A stretch of 64,000 nt of DNA, taken from an uncultured Alphaproteobacteria bacterium (lineage in GTDB: Bacteria > Pseudomonadota > Alphaproteobacteria > HIMB59 > GCA-002718135). Location of the stretch: positions 17,463 through 81,462 of the forward strand of contig CACNSY010000001.1 of assembly GCA_902623255.1 (NCBI GenBank), in the 5' to 3' direction. A model generated the notes under the pieces. It did not search any database, was not told the origin of the DNA, and saw only the letters and a program-made list of their open reading frames with translations. Position 1 is the first letter of the stretch; the number at the start of each line of letters is the position of its first letter. Shown in pieces: positions 18,477 to 27,404 of the stretch. Position numbers and translations under genes: made by a program.

Positions 18477-20066
18477 TTGTATTATAAATATAATTATTCA
18501 GTATTATTTATTTTTGGATTAATTATCCTATTACCTTTCATAGGTATTTTTTCAAAAATTAACTTTGATTTAAACAATATTTATAATTTTTTTCAAAATT
18601 CATACACGCATCGTCTAATCTATTTTTCATTATATCAAGCTTTTCTTTCAGCACTATTAAGTTGTTTTTTAGCTATTCCATTCGCATTAGCATTAAATAG
18701 ACATAAGAATTTAAAAATTATTAAATTTATCATTTCTCTTTGTGGTTTTTGCTTTGTGATACCAACAATCTTAATTGTGTTTGCAGTCATTAAACTCTTT
18801 GGAAATAATGGTTTTTATAACTCATATTTTAATTTGTACGAGAATTTATCAATAGAAACAATTTTTGGAATAAAAGCAATTTTAATTGCCCATATACTTC
18901 TAAATACACCATTTGCTACCCGATTATTTTTTCAATCCTTAAATAGTATTCCTTTAAAATATTATGAAATATCTAGCTCTCTAAACATTACTTTTTTTGG
19001 CAATCTTCTAAAATTAGAGATGCCTTATATAAGACAAAATTTTTTTACTGTGTTCTCAATAATATTCTCTCTTTGTTTTTTAAGTTTTGCAATAGTAATG
19101 GCGTTAGGTGGTGGACCTATGTATTCTACAATTGAGGTGGCAATTTATCAATATGCACTTTTTGAACTAAATTTTAATAAAGCAATATTACTCAGTTTTT
19201 TACAAATTTTTATCTGTTTATTTTTTTTATTTATTGGTTTTTACAAATTAAAAGGTTCAAATTTTTTTGAAATAGATCAAATTAATTTTATTCATCCTCA
19301 TAAAGAATACAAAGCTATAAAAATTATAGATTTTTTAATAATTGTATTTTTTTCGATATTTCTTTTTTCTCCAATAATTTCTATAATTTATCATTTTATA
19401 AATAATGGTATTTATTTATCTTTAATTAATGAAAAATTTTTAGGATCTTTTTTTAATTCTCTTATTATTTCAGTTACTACAGGAATAATTGTTAGTATAT
19501 CAGGGTTTATAATTTCATCTATACTTGTAATAAATTATAAAAATATGATTTTTCAGCAATCAATTTTTTTAATAAGCTCTTCAATAATAATTATTTCTCC
19601 AATTATATTTAGTCTTGGTTATTTTATTATATTAGGTGAATTAAGATATGTGCAATTTTTTAAATATTTTGTGATAGTTTTGATAAATTGCCTATTCTTA
19701 TTACCTTTTTCAATATTAATACTTTTTAATAACCTGAAAAATATTTTTTTAAATTTTGAAAATTTTCAGCAAACTTTCCGAATAAGCTTAAGAAATTATT
19801 TTATTATTTTGCTACCAATGATTAAAAAAAATATAATTTTTGTTTTTGCATTTTCGATGGTTATTACTTTTGGTGATTTTACAATAATATCATTTTTTAA
19901 AGATCAAAACTTTGATACCTTGCCATCTTACTTATATAAATTGATTAGTGTCTATAAATTTAACGAAGCTTCTTTTGTTGCTGGTGTAATTTTAATACTA
20001 AGTATGATTATTTTTTTATTAATTGATAATTTAAACTACCAAGGCAAATCAGCCATTAAAACGTGA
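18477..20066 (+). CDS. thiP: thiamine ABC transporter permease (duplicated 12-TM type)
   Basis: 529 aa and extremely hydrophobic, with two permease repeats as in ThiP. Apparent TTG start at 18477, and no in-frame ATG for about 190 codons. Confidence 0.8.
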   Translation: MYYKYNYSVLFIFGLIILLPFIGIFSKINFDLNNIYNFFQNSYTHRLIYFSLYQAFLSALLSCFLAIPFALALNRHKNLKIIKFIISLCGFCFVIPTILIVFAVIKLFGNNGFYNSYFNLYENLSIETIFGIKAILIAHILLNTPFATRLFFQSLNSIPLKYYEISSSLNITFFGNLLKLEMPYIRQNFFTVFSIIFSLCFLSFAIVMALGGGPMYSTIEVAIYQYALFELNFNKAILLSFLQIFICLFFLFIGFYKLKGSNFFEIDQINFIHPHKEYKAIKIIDFLIIVFFSIFLFSPIISIIYHFINNGIYLSLINEKFLGSFFNSLIISVTTGIIVSISGFIISSILVINYKNMIFQQSIFLISSSIIIISPIIFSLGYFIILGELRYVQFFKYFVIVLINCLFLLPFSILILFNNLKNIFLNFENFQQTFRISLRNYFIILLPMIKKNIIFVFAFSMVITFGDFTIISFFKDQNFDTLPSYLYKLISVYKFNEASFVAGVILILSMIIFLLIDNLNYQGKSAIKT

Positions 20067-21337
20067 AGATAAATACTTGCTACATAACCAATAAATATAA
20101 CTGGAGTCCATTTTAAATGTCCAAAAAAAGTGTAATATCCTCTTGCTTGTCCCATAAGTGCTACACCTGCAGCTGAACCAATTGACAATAGGCTACCACC
20201 CACTCCTGTTGTTAATGTAACTAATAACCACTGATCAATTGACATTTCCGGTCTCATAGTAATTACAGCAAACATCACTGGTATATTATCTACGATAGCT
20301 GAAAGAACACCTACTATAGAATTTGCCATTGTTGGGCCAAGACCAATATATAAGAATTCTGAAACAACAGTTAAGTAACCTATAAATCCTAAACCACCTA
20401 CACTTAAAATGACTCCAAAGAAGAATAATAAAGTGTCCCATTCAGCTCTTGAAACTTTTCTAAAGAAATCAAATTTTTCGTCTTCAACAGATGGATCATG
20501 TGTTATTTGCAAATAAAAAGAATATAACCCAAGAAGACCAAGACCAAACATCATGCCAAGCATTGGAGGCAAGTGAAGAATATTATGGAAGTTTACAGCA
20601 CTAAAAATTGTAAGCAAACCTAAAAAGATAATTACTCGTCCGCCTCTTTTCATATATTCTCTATCAGAACTAATTTGTGGTTTTTCATTTGGAATAAAGA
20701 AATACATAACTGCTGCAGGAATTATGTAATTAACCACAGAAGGAAAAAATATTTTAAAAAATGTAAAAAATTCGACAATACCAGCCTGCCATACCATTAA
20801 GGTAGTTATATCTCCAAATGGACTAAAAGCACCACCTGCATTTGCTGCAACAACTATATTAATACAACCAATCGATATAAATTTTGTATTACCTTTACCA
20901 CAGGCCATTACTACAGAGCACATGACTAGTGCAGTTGTTAAGTTATCAGCTATAGGAGATAAGAAAAAAGTAATTATACCTGTGAATATAAATAATTGTC
21001 TAAAGCTAAATCCCCTTGATGTTAATTGATATCTGACTACATCAAAAACTTTTCTTTCTTCTAAAGCATTGATGTAAGTCATAGCAACGAGAAGAAATAG
21101 GAAAAGTTCTGCAAATTCTAAGATATTATGCTCTAAAGCATACTCAATTTCTTTGGCATATTGCTTATCAGAAGAAAAATGGAAAGCTATAATGCCCCAT
21201 ATTACAGCAGCTGAAATAATAACTGGTTTAGATTTTCTTAGATGGCTAAATTCTTCAGCCATTACAACAGCATATGCAAGAACAAATACAATAAGGCTTA
21301 AAATGCCTACATATGATGTTGTTAGATCTATTTCCAT
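20036..21337 (-). CDS. nhaD: NhaD/ArsB-superfamily Na+/H+ antiporter-like permease
   Basis: 433 aa with about 12 TM segments. NhaD-like blocks (…NLTTALVMCSVVM…, …GGAFSPFGDITTLMVWQ…). Confidence 0.75.
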   Translation of the reverse strand: MEIDLTTSYVGILSLIVFVLAYAVVMAEEFSHLRKSKPVIISAAVIWGIIAFHFSSDKQYAKEIEYALEHNILEFAELFLFLLVAMTYINALEERKVFDVVRYQLTSRGFSFRQLFIFTGIITFFLSPIADNLTTALVMCSVVMACGKGNTKFISIGCINIVVAANAGGAFSPFGDITTLMVWQAGIVEFFTFFKIFFPSVVNYIIPAAVMYFFIPNEKPQISSDREYMKRGGRVIIFLGLLTIFSAVNFHNILHLPPMLGMMFGLGLLGLYSFYLQITHDPSVEDEKFDFFRKVSRAEWDTLLFFFGVILSVGGLGFIGYLTVVSEFLYIGLGPTMANSIVGVLSAIVDNIPVMFAVITMRPEMSIDQWLLVTLTTGVGGSLLSIGSAAGVALMGQARGYYTFFGHLKWTPVIFIGYVASIYLHVLMADLPW

Positions 21338-22125
21338 AGTTTTAAATTAAAGCCAATTACGTCTTTTTCAATCCCGAAATCATATAGATTATTGTGTATT
21401 GCTTCGTCAATAAAAACACTCTTTTTTATTACTTTTGCTTTATCATAAAGCTTAATACTGTGTTCATGCGGTACAATTTCATCCTTTTTTCCACTAATAA
21501 TAAGTAATGGCGAAGTTATTTTATCAATTTTACTGAAGTTATCGAATTTATCTTTAACTAAATATTTTGTTGGAAATATTTTATATCTTTTTTTTGCAAT
21601 ATCATTGATAGATGTAAATGGCGCTTCTAAAACAATAGATAAAAATTCGTACTTTGTACCCATTTCTACTGCAGCACCAGATCCGAGTGATTCTCCATAA
21701 ATCACTAATTCTTTGAATTTAAATTCAGTATTATTTTTAATCCATTTTAATACTGCTTCTGCATCTTTATATAAATTTTTTTCTGTTGGATTTCCTTTGT
21801 TACCTCCAAAGCCTCTCCAGGAAACTAAAAGTACGCTCCAATTTTTTTCGATATACCTCTGGATTCTGTAAGCTCTATCTCCGATATGAAAAGAATTACC
21901 ATGAAAATAAACTAGTAAAGGGAGTGAATTATTACCTTTATAATACCATGATAATAGCTTTAAGTTATCCTCAGTTTTAATATAAACTTCTTCTGTATTA
22001 TCCAAGTTATAATCCTTTGGTACGCCTGGATGTCCTGATTTATTAAAAACAATGCGTCTTTGAAAGATATACAAGAGAAAACCTAAAAAAAAATATAGAA
22101 AAATTGCAGAAAAAATGTAATTCAT
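21328..22125 (-). CDS. membrane-anchored alpha/beta hydrolase (BEM46/ABHD13-like)
   Basis: 265 aa with an N-terminal TM anchor. Nucleophile elbow GESLG, an Asp in GKKDEIVP, and a His in EAIHNN. Confidence 0.8.
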   Translation of the reverse strand: MNYIFSAIFLYFFLGFLLYIFQRRIVFNKSGHPGVPKDYNLDNTEEVYIKTEDNLKLLSWYYKGNNSLPLLVYFHGNSFHIGDRAYRIQRYIEKNWSVLLVSWRGFGGNKGNPTEKNLYKDAEAVLKWIKNNTEFKFKELVIYGESLGSGAAVEMGTKYEFLSIVLEAPFTSINDIAKKRYKIFPTKYLVKDKFDNFSKIDKITSPLLIISGKKDEIVPHEHSIKLYDKAKVIKKSVFIDEAIHNNLYDFGIEKDVIGFNLKLWK

Positions 22126-22141
22126 TACTTATTATAATATT

Positions 22142-22597
22142 ATGAGAATAGAAAACAAAGTAATTGATCCTCTAAGTCCTTACAGCCGCGCACTGAAAAA
22201 AATAGAGGAAAGTGGCATAAGACCTACAAAACAAAGAAGAATTTTAGCTAAATTAATTTTTGAAAAAGGTGACAGGCATATTTCTGCTGAAAATCTTTTT
22301 GATGAAGTAAAAAAAGAAGATAGAAAAATTTCTATGGCTACAATTTATAACACTTTAAAACAATTTACCTCATTAGGATTAATAAGAGAAATAGTTGTTG
22401 ATCAAAATAAATCACTCTATTGTAATAATAATAAATCTCATTATCATTTGTATATTGAAGATGAAGGTAAGATTCATGATATACCTACGAAAAATATTAA
22501 TCTTGATATACCTTCTATTCCTGCTTGTCTCTCATTGCATAATATTGATGTTATTGTCAGAGTTAGATCTCTTAAAGAAGACCAAAAAAAGAATTAA
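22142..22597 (+). CDS. Fur family transcriptional regulator (Irr-like; lacks CxxC zinc motifs)
   Basis: 151 aa. The winged-helix region (RPTKQRRILAKLIF...HISAENLFDEV...ISMATIYNTLKQFTSLGLI) is typical of Fur/Irr. There are no CxxC pairs, and an HYH motif is present. Confidence 0.8.
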   Translation: MRIENKVIDPLSPYSRALKKIEESGIRPTKQRRILAKLIFEKGDRHISAENLFDEVKKEDRKISMATIYNTLKQFTSLGLIREIVVDQNKSLYCNNNKSHYHLYIEDEGKIHDIPTKNINLDIPSIPACLSLHNIDVIVRVRSLKEDQKKN

Positions 22598-22603
22598 ATT
22601 GTT

Positions 22604-24553
22604 ATGCACAACATAAAGTTGTGGTCTCCAAATAATAAAAAAACAAACCTCCACAAGTTTATTAATCAACTAGATAAAAGTTTAAATATAAAAAATTATG
22701 CTGACTTGCATAATTGGAGCATAAAACATAAAAATGAATTTTGGACTAATGTTTGGGATTTCACAAATTTTGTTGGTGAAAAAAAAGGTAAAATTTTTAA
22801 ATCAGCACCTGAATTTACTAATAATAAATTTTTTGATGAATGTAAGATAAATTATGCTGAAAATTGTTTAACAAGAGATGATAATGATGATGCAATAATA
22901 TTTCACTCTGAAAAAAAAATTAAAAGAAATTACTCTTGGAGAGAGCTTAAAAGTGCAGTTTTGAAATTTGCAAATTATTTAAAAAATAATAACATTGAAA
23001 AAAATGATAGGATAGCTGCTATACTTCCTAATATACCTGAAACTGTAATTTCATTTTTATCTACAGCACAATTAGGTGCTATTTGGTCATCATGTTCATC
23101 AGATTTTGGTAAAAAAGCAATTATAGATAGATTTAAACAAATTGAACCAAAAGTATTATTATTTTCAGATTATTATTTTTATAACAATAAAAAAGTTGAT
23201 ACGACAAAAATTATAAAAGATGTTGTATATAATATCCCAAGTATAGAAAAAATTATTTTAATACCATATGAATTTAATGAAACAGATTATCAATTAGATT
23301 TTGAATACGATAATTTGTGCAAGATTTTACAACAAGAAATTGCGTATAGTAAATTTGAAAGGTTTAATTTTAATCACCCACTGTATATTCTTTATTCGAG
23401 TGGAACTACTGGAGTACCAAAATGTATTGTTCACAGTTCTGGCGGAGCGCTAATACAACATAAAAAAGAACACGTATTACATTGTAATATTAATGAAAAA
23501 GATAGAGTTTTTTATTTTACTACTTGTGGGTGGATGATGTGGAATTGGTTAGTTTCTGCTTTGGCGTCAAAAGCAACAATAATTTTATATGATGGATCGC
23601 CTTTTATTCCCGATAATAAACATCTTTTTGAAATAGCAGAAGAAGAAGACATTAATTTTTTTGGCACTGGTGCAAAATATTTAGATACTTTAAAAAATAA
23701 TAAAATTAAAATTAAAGAAAGTTTTAAATTAAATAGTTTAAATACACTAGCTTCAACAGGATCTCCTTTGGTTAATGAATCATTTGAATACGTTTATGAA
23801 AACATCAAATCAAATATTCATCTTGAATCTATAAGTGGTGGTACTGATTTAGTTTCGTGTTTTGTTACCGGTAATCCGTTAATGGATGTCTATAGTGGTG
23901 AAATTCAGTGTAAAGCTCTTGGAATGGATGTTGATGTATTTGATGAAAAAGGAAATTCAATTGAAAATCAAAAAGGAGAGCTAGTATGTAAATCTTCTTT
24001 TCCATCAATGCCTTTATATTTTTGGAACGATCATGATAATAAAAAATATTTTAATTCTTATTTTAGTAAATATGAAAACATTTGGTATCATGGGGATTAT
24101 ATTGAAAAAACTATAAATGGTGGTTATGTAATTTATGGCCGATCAGATGCAACTCTAAATTCTGGAGGAGTAAGAATAGGTACTGCAGAAATTTATAGAG
24201 TAATTGAAAATATTACAGAAGTTCAGGAAGCTGTTGCAGTGGAATATAAATTAAAAAATGATACACAAATTATATTATTTGTTGTCTTGAATAATAATTT
24301 TGAATTTAATGAAAATTTAAGGTCTAAAATTATAGATGAAATAAAAATTAATCTTTCTTACAAGCATATTCCCTCACAAATATATGCTATTAGTGAAATA
24401 CCAAGAACTAGAAGTGGTAAAATAGTTGAAATTTTAATTAAAAAATTAATTAATGGTGAAAGTATTGAAAATGAAGAATCATTGGCTAATCCAGAATGTT
24501 TAAAAGAATTCGAATTAGTGTATAAAAACTTAAAGAATAATTATGCCAAATAG
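22604..24553 (+). CDS. acetoacetyl-CoA synthetase (acetoacetate-CoA ligase)
   Basis: 649 aa. The N-terminal region (…LHNWSIKHKNEFWTNVWDF…) and the AMP-binding motif (YILYSSGTTGVPKCIVHS) match the acetoacetyl-CoA synthetase subfamily. Confidence 0.88.
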   Translation: MHNIKLWSPNNKKTNLHKFINQLDKSLNIKNYADLHNWSIKHKNEFWTNVWDFTNFVGEKKGKIFKSAPEFTNNKFFDECKINYAENCLTRDDNDDAIIFHSEKKIKRNYSWRELKSAVLKFANYLKNNNIEKNDRIAAILPNIPETVISFLSTAQLGAIWSSCSSDFGKKAIIDRFKQIEPKVLLFSDYYFYNNKKVDTTKIIKDVVYNIPSIEKIILIPYEFNETDYQLDFEYDNLCKILQQEIAYSKFERFNFNHPLYILYSSGTTGVPKCIVHSSGGALIQHKKEHVLHCNINEKDRVFYFTTCGWMMWNWLVSALASKATIILYDGSPFIPDNKHLFEIAEEEDINFFGTGAKYLDTLKNNKIKIKESFKLNSLNTLASTGSPLVNESFEYVYENIKSNIHLESISGGTDLVSCFVTGNPLMDVYSGEIQCKALGMDVDVFDEKGNSIENQKGELVCKSSFPSMPLYFWNDHDNKKYFNSYFSKYENIWYHGDYIEKTINGGYVIYGRSDATLNSGGVRIGTAEIYRVIENITEVQEAVAVEYKLKNDTQIILFVVLNNNFEFNENLRSKIIDEIKINLSYKHIPSQIYAISEIPRTRSGKIVEILIKKLINGESIENEESLANPECLKEFELVYKNLKNNYAK

Positions 24554-25529
24554 AGTTGTAGTCAGTAAACTAGGTGGTCCAGAAGTTTTAAAATATGAAA
24601 ACTATGACTTACCTAAAAATATTGAAGAAAATATGGTCAGAATTAACCAAACTTCAATTGGTATTAATTACATAGATACGTATCATAGAACAGGAATATA
24701 TCCGTTACCTATAGAAATCCCTTTCTGTTTAGGAGTAGAAGCAGCAGGAGATGTTATAGAAATTGGAGATAATGTATCGAACTTAAAAGTTGGTGATAGA
24801 GTAGCTTACTCCTTTAGCCCTCCAATTGGTGCTTATTGTGAAGTTAGAGATTTTGATGCCCGAAGGGTTGTAAAATTACCAGAATATATTTCAAATGATG
24901 AAGCTGCTTCAATATTATTGCAGGGAATGACCGTCGAATACCTTTTTGAAAGATTGTATAAATTACAAAAAGATGAAGTTTTTTTATTTCATGCAGCTGC
25001 AGGAGGTGTTGGCTTAATTGCTAGTCAATGGGCAAAATCCATAGGAGCTAAAATGATAGGCACCGTTAGTACTGATGAAAAAGAATCATTAGCAAAAAAA
25101 AATGGATGTGAATTCACTATAAATTATAAACAAGATGATGTTCATAGTAATGTTTTAAAATTAACAAACAATGAAGGAGTAAATGTTGTTTATGATGGAG
25201 TCGGAAAAGATACATTTAATATATCTTTAAAATGCTTAAAATTTAGAGGGCTAATGGTATCTTTTGGACAATCCTCCGGAATGGTAAATGATGTAAATCT
25301 TCACAGTACATTTAATCCTAAAAGTTTATATTATACTAGACCAACATTAATGCATTATATTCGTAATTCAGAAGAGCTAGAAGAGTGTAGTAACAAATTG
25401 TTTTTAAAAATTAAAAATAAAGAAATTAAGCCTAATATATTCAAAAAATTTAAATTATCCGAAGCTAGTGAGGCTCATGAGCTAATTCAATCAAGGAATT
25501 CAGTGGGGTCAATAATTCTGTGCCCCTAA
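24543..25529 (+). CDS. qor: NADPH:quinone oxidoreductase (zeta-crystallin / MDR family)
   Basis: 328 aa. GVNYIDTY-like block (IGINYIDTYHRTGIYP) and the nucleotide motif AAAGGVG. Confidence 0.88.
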   Translation: MPNRVVVSKLGGPEVLKYENYDLPKNIEENMVRINQTSIGINYIDTYHRTGIYPLPIEIPFCLGVEAAGDVIEIGDNVSNLKVGDRVAYSFSPPIGAYCEVRDFDARRVVKLPEYISNDEAASILLQGMTVEYLFERLYKLQKDEVFLFHAAAGGVGLIASQWAKSIGAKMIGTVSTDEKESLAKKNGCEFTINYKQDDVHSNVLKLTNNEGVNVVYDGVGKDTFNISLKCLKFRGLMVSFGQSSGMVNDVNLHSTFNPKSLYYTRPTLMHYIRNSEELEECSNKLFLKIKNKEIKPNIFKKFKLSEASEAHELIQSRNSVGSIILCP

Positions 25530-25534
25530 ATTAG

Positions 25535-25609
25535 TGGCATCCCCTAGGAGAGTCGAACTCCTCTTTTCAGGATGAAAACCTGATGTCCTAACCGATAGAC
25601 GAAGGGGAC
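25535..25609 (-). tRNA. tRNA-Glu (anticodon UUC)
   Basis: The reverse complement GTCCCCTTCGTCTATCGGTTAGGACATCAGGTTTTCATCCTGAAAAGAGGAGTTCGACTCTCCTAGGGGATGCCA folds as a 75-nt cloverleaf with a G1:U72 wobble, anticodon loop TTTTCAT and an encoded CCA. Confidence 0.9.
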
Positions 25610-25653
25610 ACGTGGTTGGTATATAGTAGATATTTTGATTTTTTTCAAATTAT

Positions 25654-27399
25654 TTAATTGATTACTTTCACGTCATGAATCAGTATTTGGGGCATCTGAG
25701 TATTTGAAAAGTTATCTTTTTTAATAGAACACAAGATATGAAATTTAAATTTATTAAACTTCATAAGATAATCACCAACTGGAGTATTAATACTATTGAA
25801 TGAAATCCCCTTTATATTTTCACCTAAATCATTTTTAAAAAAAATTAAAATATGTTTATTTTTTAGATTTTTAACCTGATCAATTACTATATCTTTGATT
25901 AAAAATTGAGGTTCTTCATTTCCTTTGCCGTGAGGTTCTAATAATTCTAAATTATCTAAAAAATCTTTGTTTATTTGATTTACAGAAATTTCACTGTCAT
26001 AAAATATTTTTTTTTCAAAAAAATTATCATGATATGAATCAAATTTTTTAACTAAAAAATTATCTATTTTATCTAATTTTTTTTTATTTATTTTTAAGCC
26101 TACGGCCATTGTATGACCGCCACCATCTTCTATTAAATCATTTGCCTTAAGTTCAAGAACAATACTACCAATATCAATTTGATCTATAGATCTGCCTGAG
26201 CCAGATCCAATATTATTAATAAAAGAAAATACAAATGTTGGCTTGTTATAAAGAGCTACTATTTTACTGGCAACTATACCTAGAACACCTTGGTGCCAAT
26301 TCTCTTTATAAACAATAATAAATTTTTTATTTTCTTGATCTTTTATTTGCTCAATTGCTTCATTGAATATATTTTGTTCAATTAATTTTCTTTTTTCATT
26401 AATTAAAAATAGTTTTCTAGAAATAGTTTCTATTTCAGAATCATCATTTGATATCAGAAGTCTGGAGGATAAAGAAGAGTCATCAATTCTACTCGCAGCA
26501 TTAATTTGTGGTCCCAAGACAAAACCAATATCTTTAGCTAAAGGTTCATGATTGATATTAGAGTTATCTAATATTTTTGTTATTGATTTATTTTTTCGAC
26601 TTCTAATGAGCTCCAAACCTTTACTGACAATTGATCTGTTATAATTATTAATATTAACAATATCGCAAATTGTTCCAACAGCAACTAAGTCTAAATAGGA
26701 CATTAAATTTGGTTCTTTTATATTTGGAAATAATTTTAATTCTCTAATTTGCTTTCTTAAACCCATTAAAAAAAGAAAGGTTACTGCTACTGCAGCAAAG
26801 TCTTTATAATCATTGTTTTCATCAAATCTATTTGGATTAATTACCGAGTGAACTTTTGGCAGTTTAAATTCACTTAAATGATGATCTATAACTATAACTT
26901 CAATATCTTTGTAATTTGGCAAATCAATTGAGTTAAATGCTGATGTACCACAATCTAGTGTAAACAATAGTGTAATTTTTTCATTAAGCATTTCATTCAT
27001 AAGCCTAACATTTGGACCATAACCCTCCGATAATCTATGCGGAATTTTACAAACAATATTATTGGTAAAATTATTTAAAAATTTATATAAAATTGAAGCA
27101 GAAGTAGATCCATCAACATCATAATCAGCGATTATTCCAATCTTTTCATTATTTTTTAAAGCCTCAATACATCTTTCAATTCCTTTTTTCATATCTTTAA
27201 GTTCAAAAGGATCTGGAAGATTATTTAAAAAATTGGGATTTATATAGTTATCATAATTATCTTCGAAGACACCTCTTGAAATTAGAAGTTTTGAAAAAAT
27301 TTCAGATATTGATTTTTTTTGTGAAAGAGCTTGTATGTGCTTAAAGTCTATTTGCTTTTCTTCCCAAAATTTATCAGATAGTGATTTTTCAATATTCAC
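25654..27399 (-). CDS. recJ: single-stranded-DNA-specific exonuclease RecJ
   Basis: 581 aa with DHH motifs (IIADYDVDGSTS, VIVIDHH) and a DHHA1 motif (GGGHTMAVG). Confidence 0.93.
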   Translation of the reverse strand: MNIEKSLSDKFWEEKQIDFKHIQALSQKKSISEIFSKLLISRGVFEDNYDNYINPNFLNNLPDPFELKDMKKGIERCIEALKNNEKIGIIADYDVDGSTSASILYKFLNNFTNNIVCKIPHRLSEGYGPNVRLMNEMLNEKITLLFTLDCGTSAFNSIDLPNYKDIEVIVIDHHLSEFKLPKVHSVINPNRFDENNDYKDFAAVAVTFLFLMGLRKQIRELKLFPNIKEPNLMSYLDLVAVGTICDIVNINNYNRSIVSKGLELIRSRKNKSITKILDNSNINHEPLAKDIGFVLGPQINAASRIDDSSLSSRLLISNDDSEIETISRKLFLINEKRKLIEQNIFNEAIEQIKDQENKKFIIVYKENWHQGVLGIVASKIVALYNKPTFVFSFINNIGSGSGRSIDQIDIGSIVLELKANDLIEDGGGHTMAVGLKINKKKLDKIDNFLVKKFDSYHDNFFEKKIFYDSEISVNQINKDFLDNLELLEPHGKGNEEPQFLIKDIVIDQVKNLKNKHILIFFKNDLGENIKGISFNSINTPVGDYLMKFNKFKFHILCSIKKDNFSNTQMPQILIHDVKVIN

Positions 27400-27404
27400 A
27401 TTAA

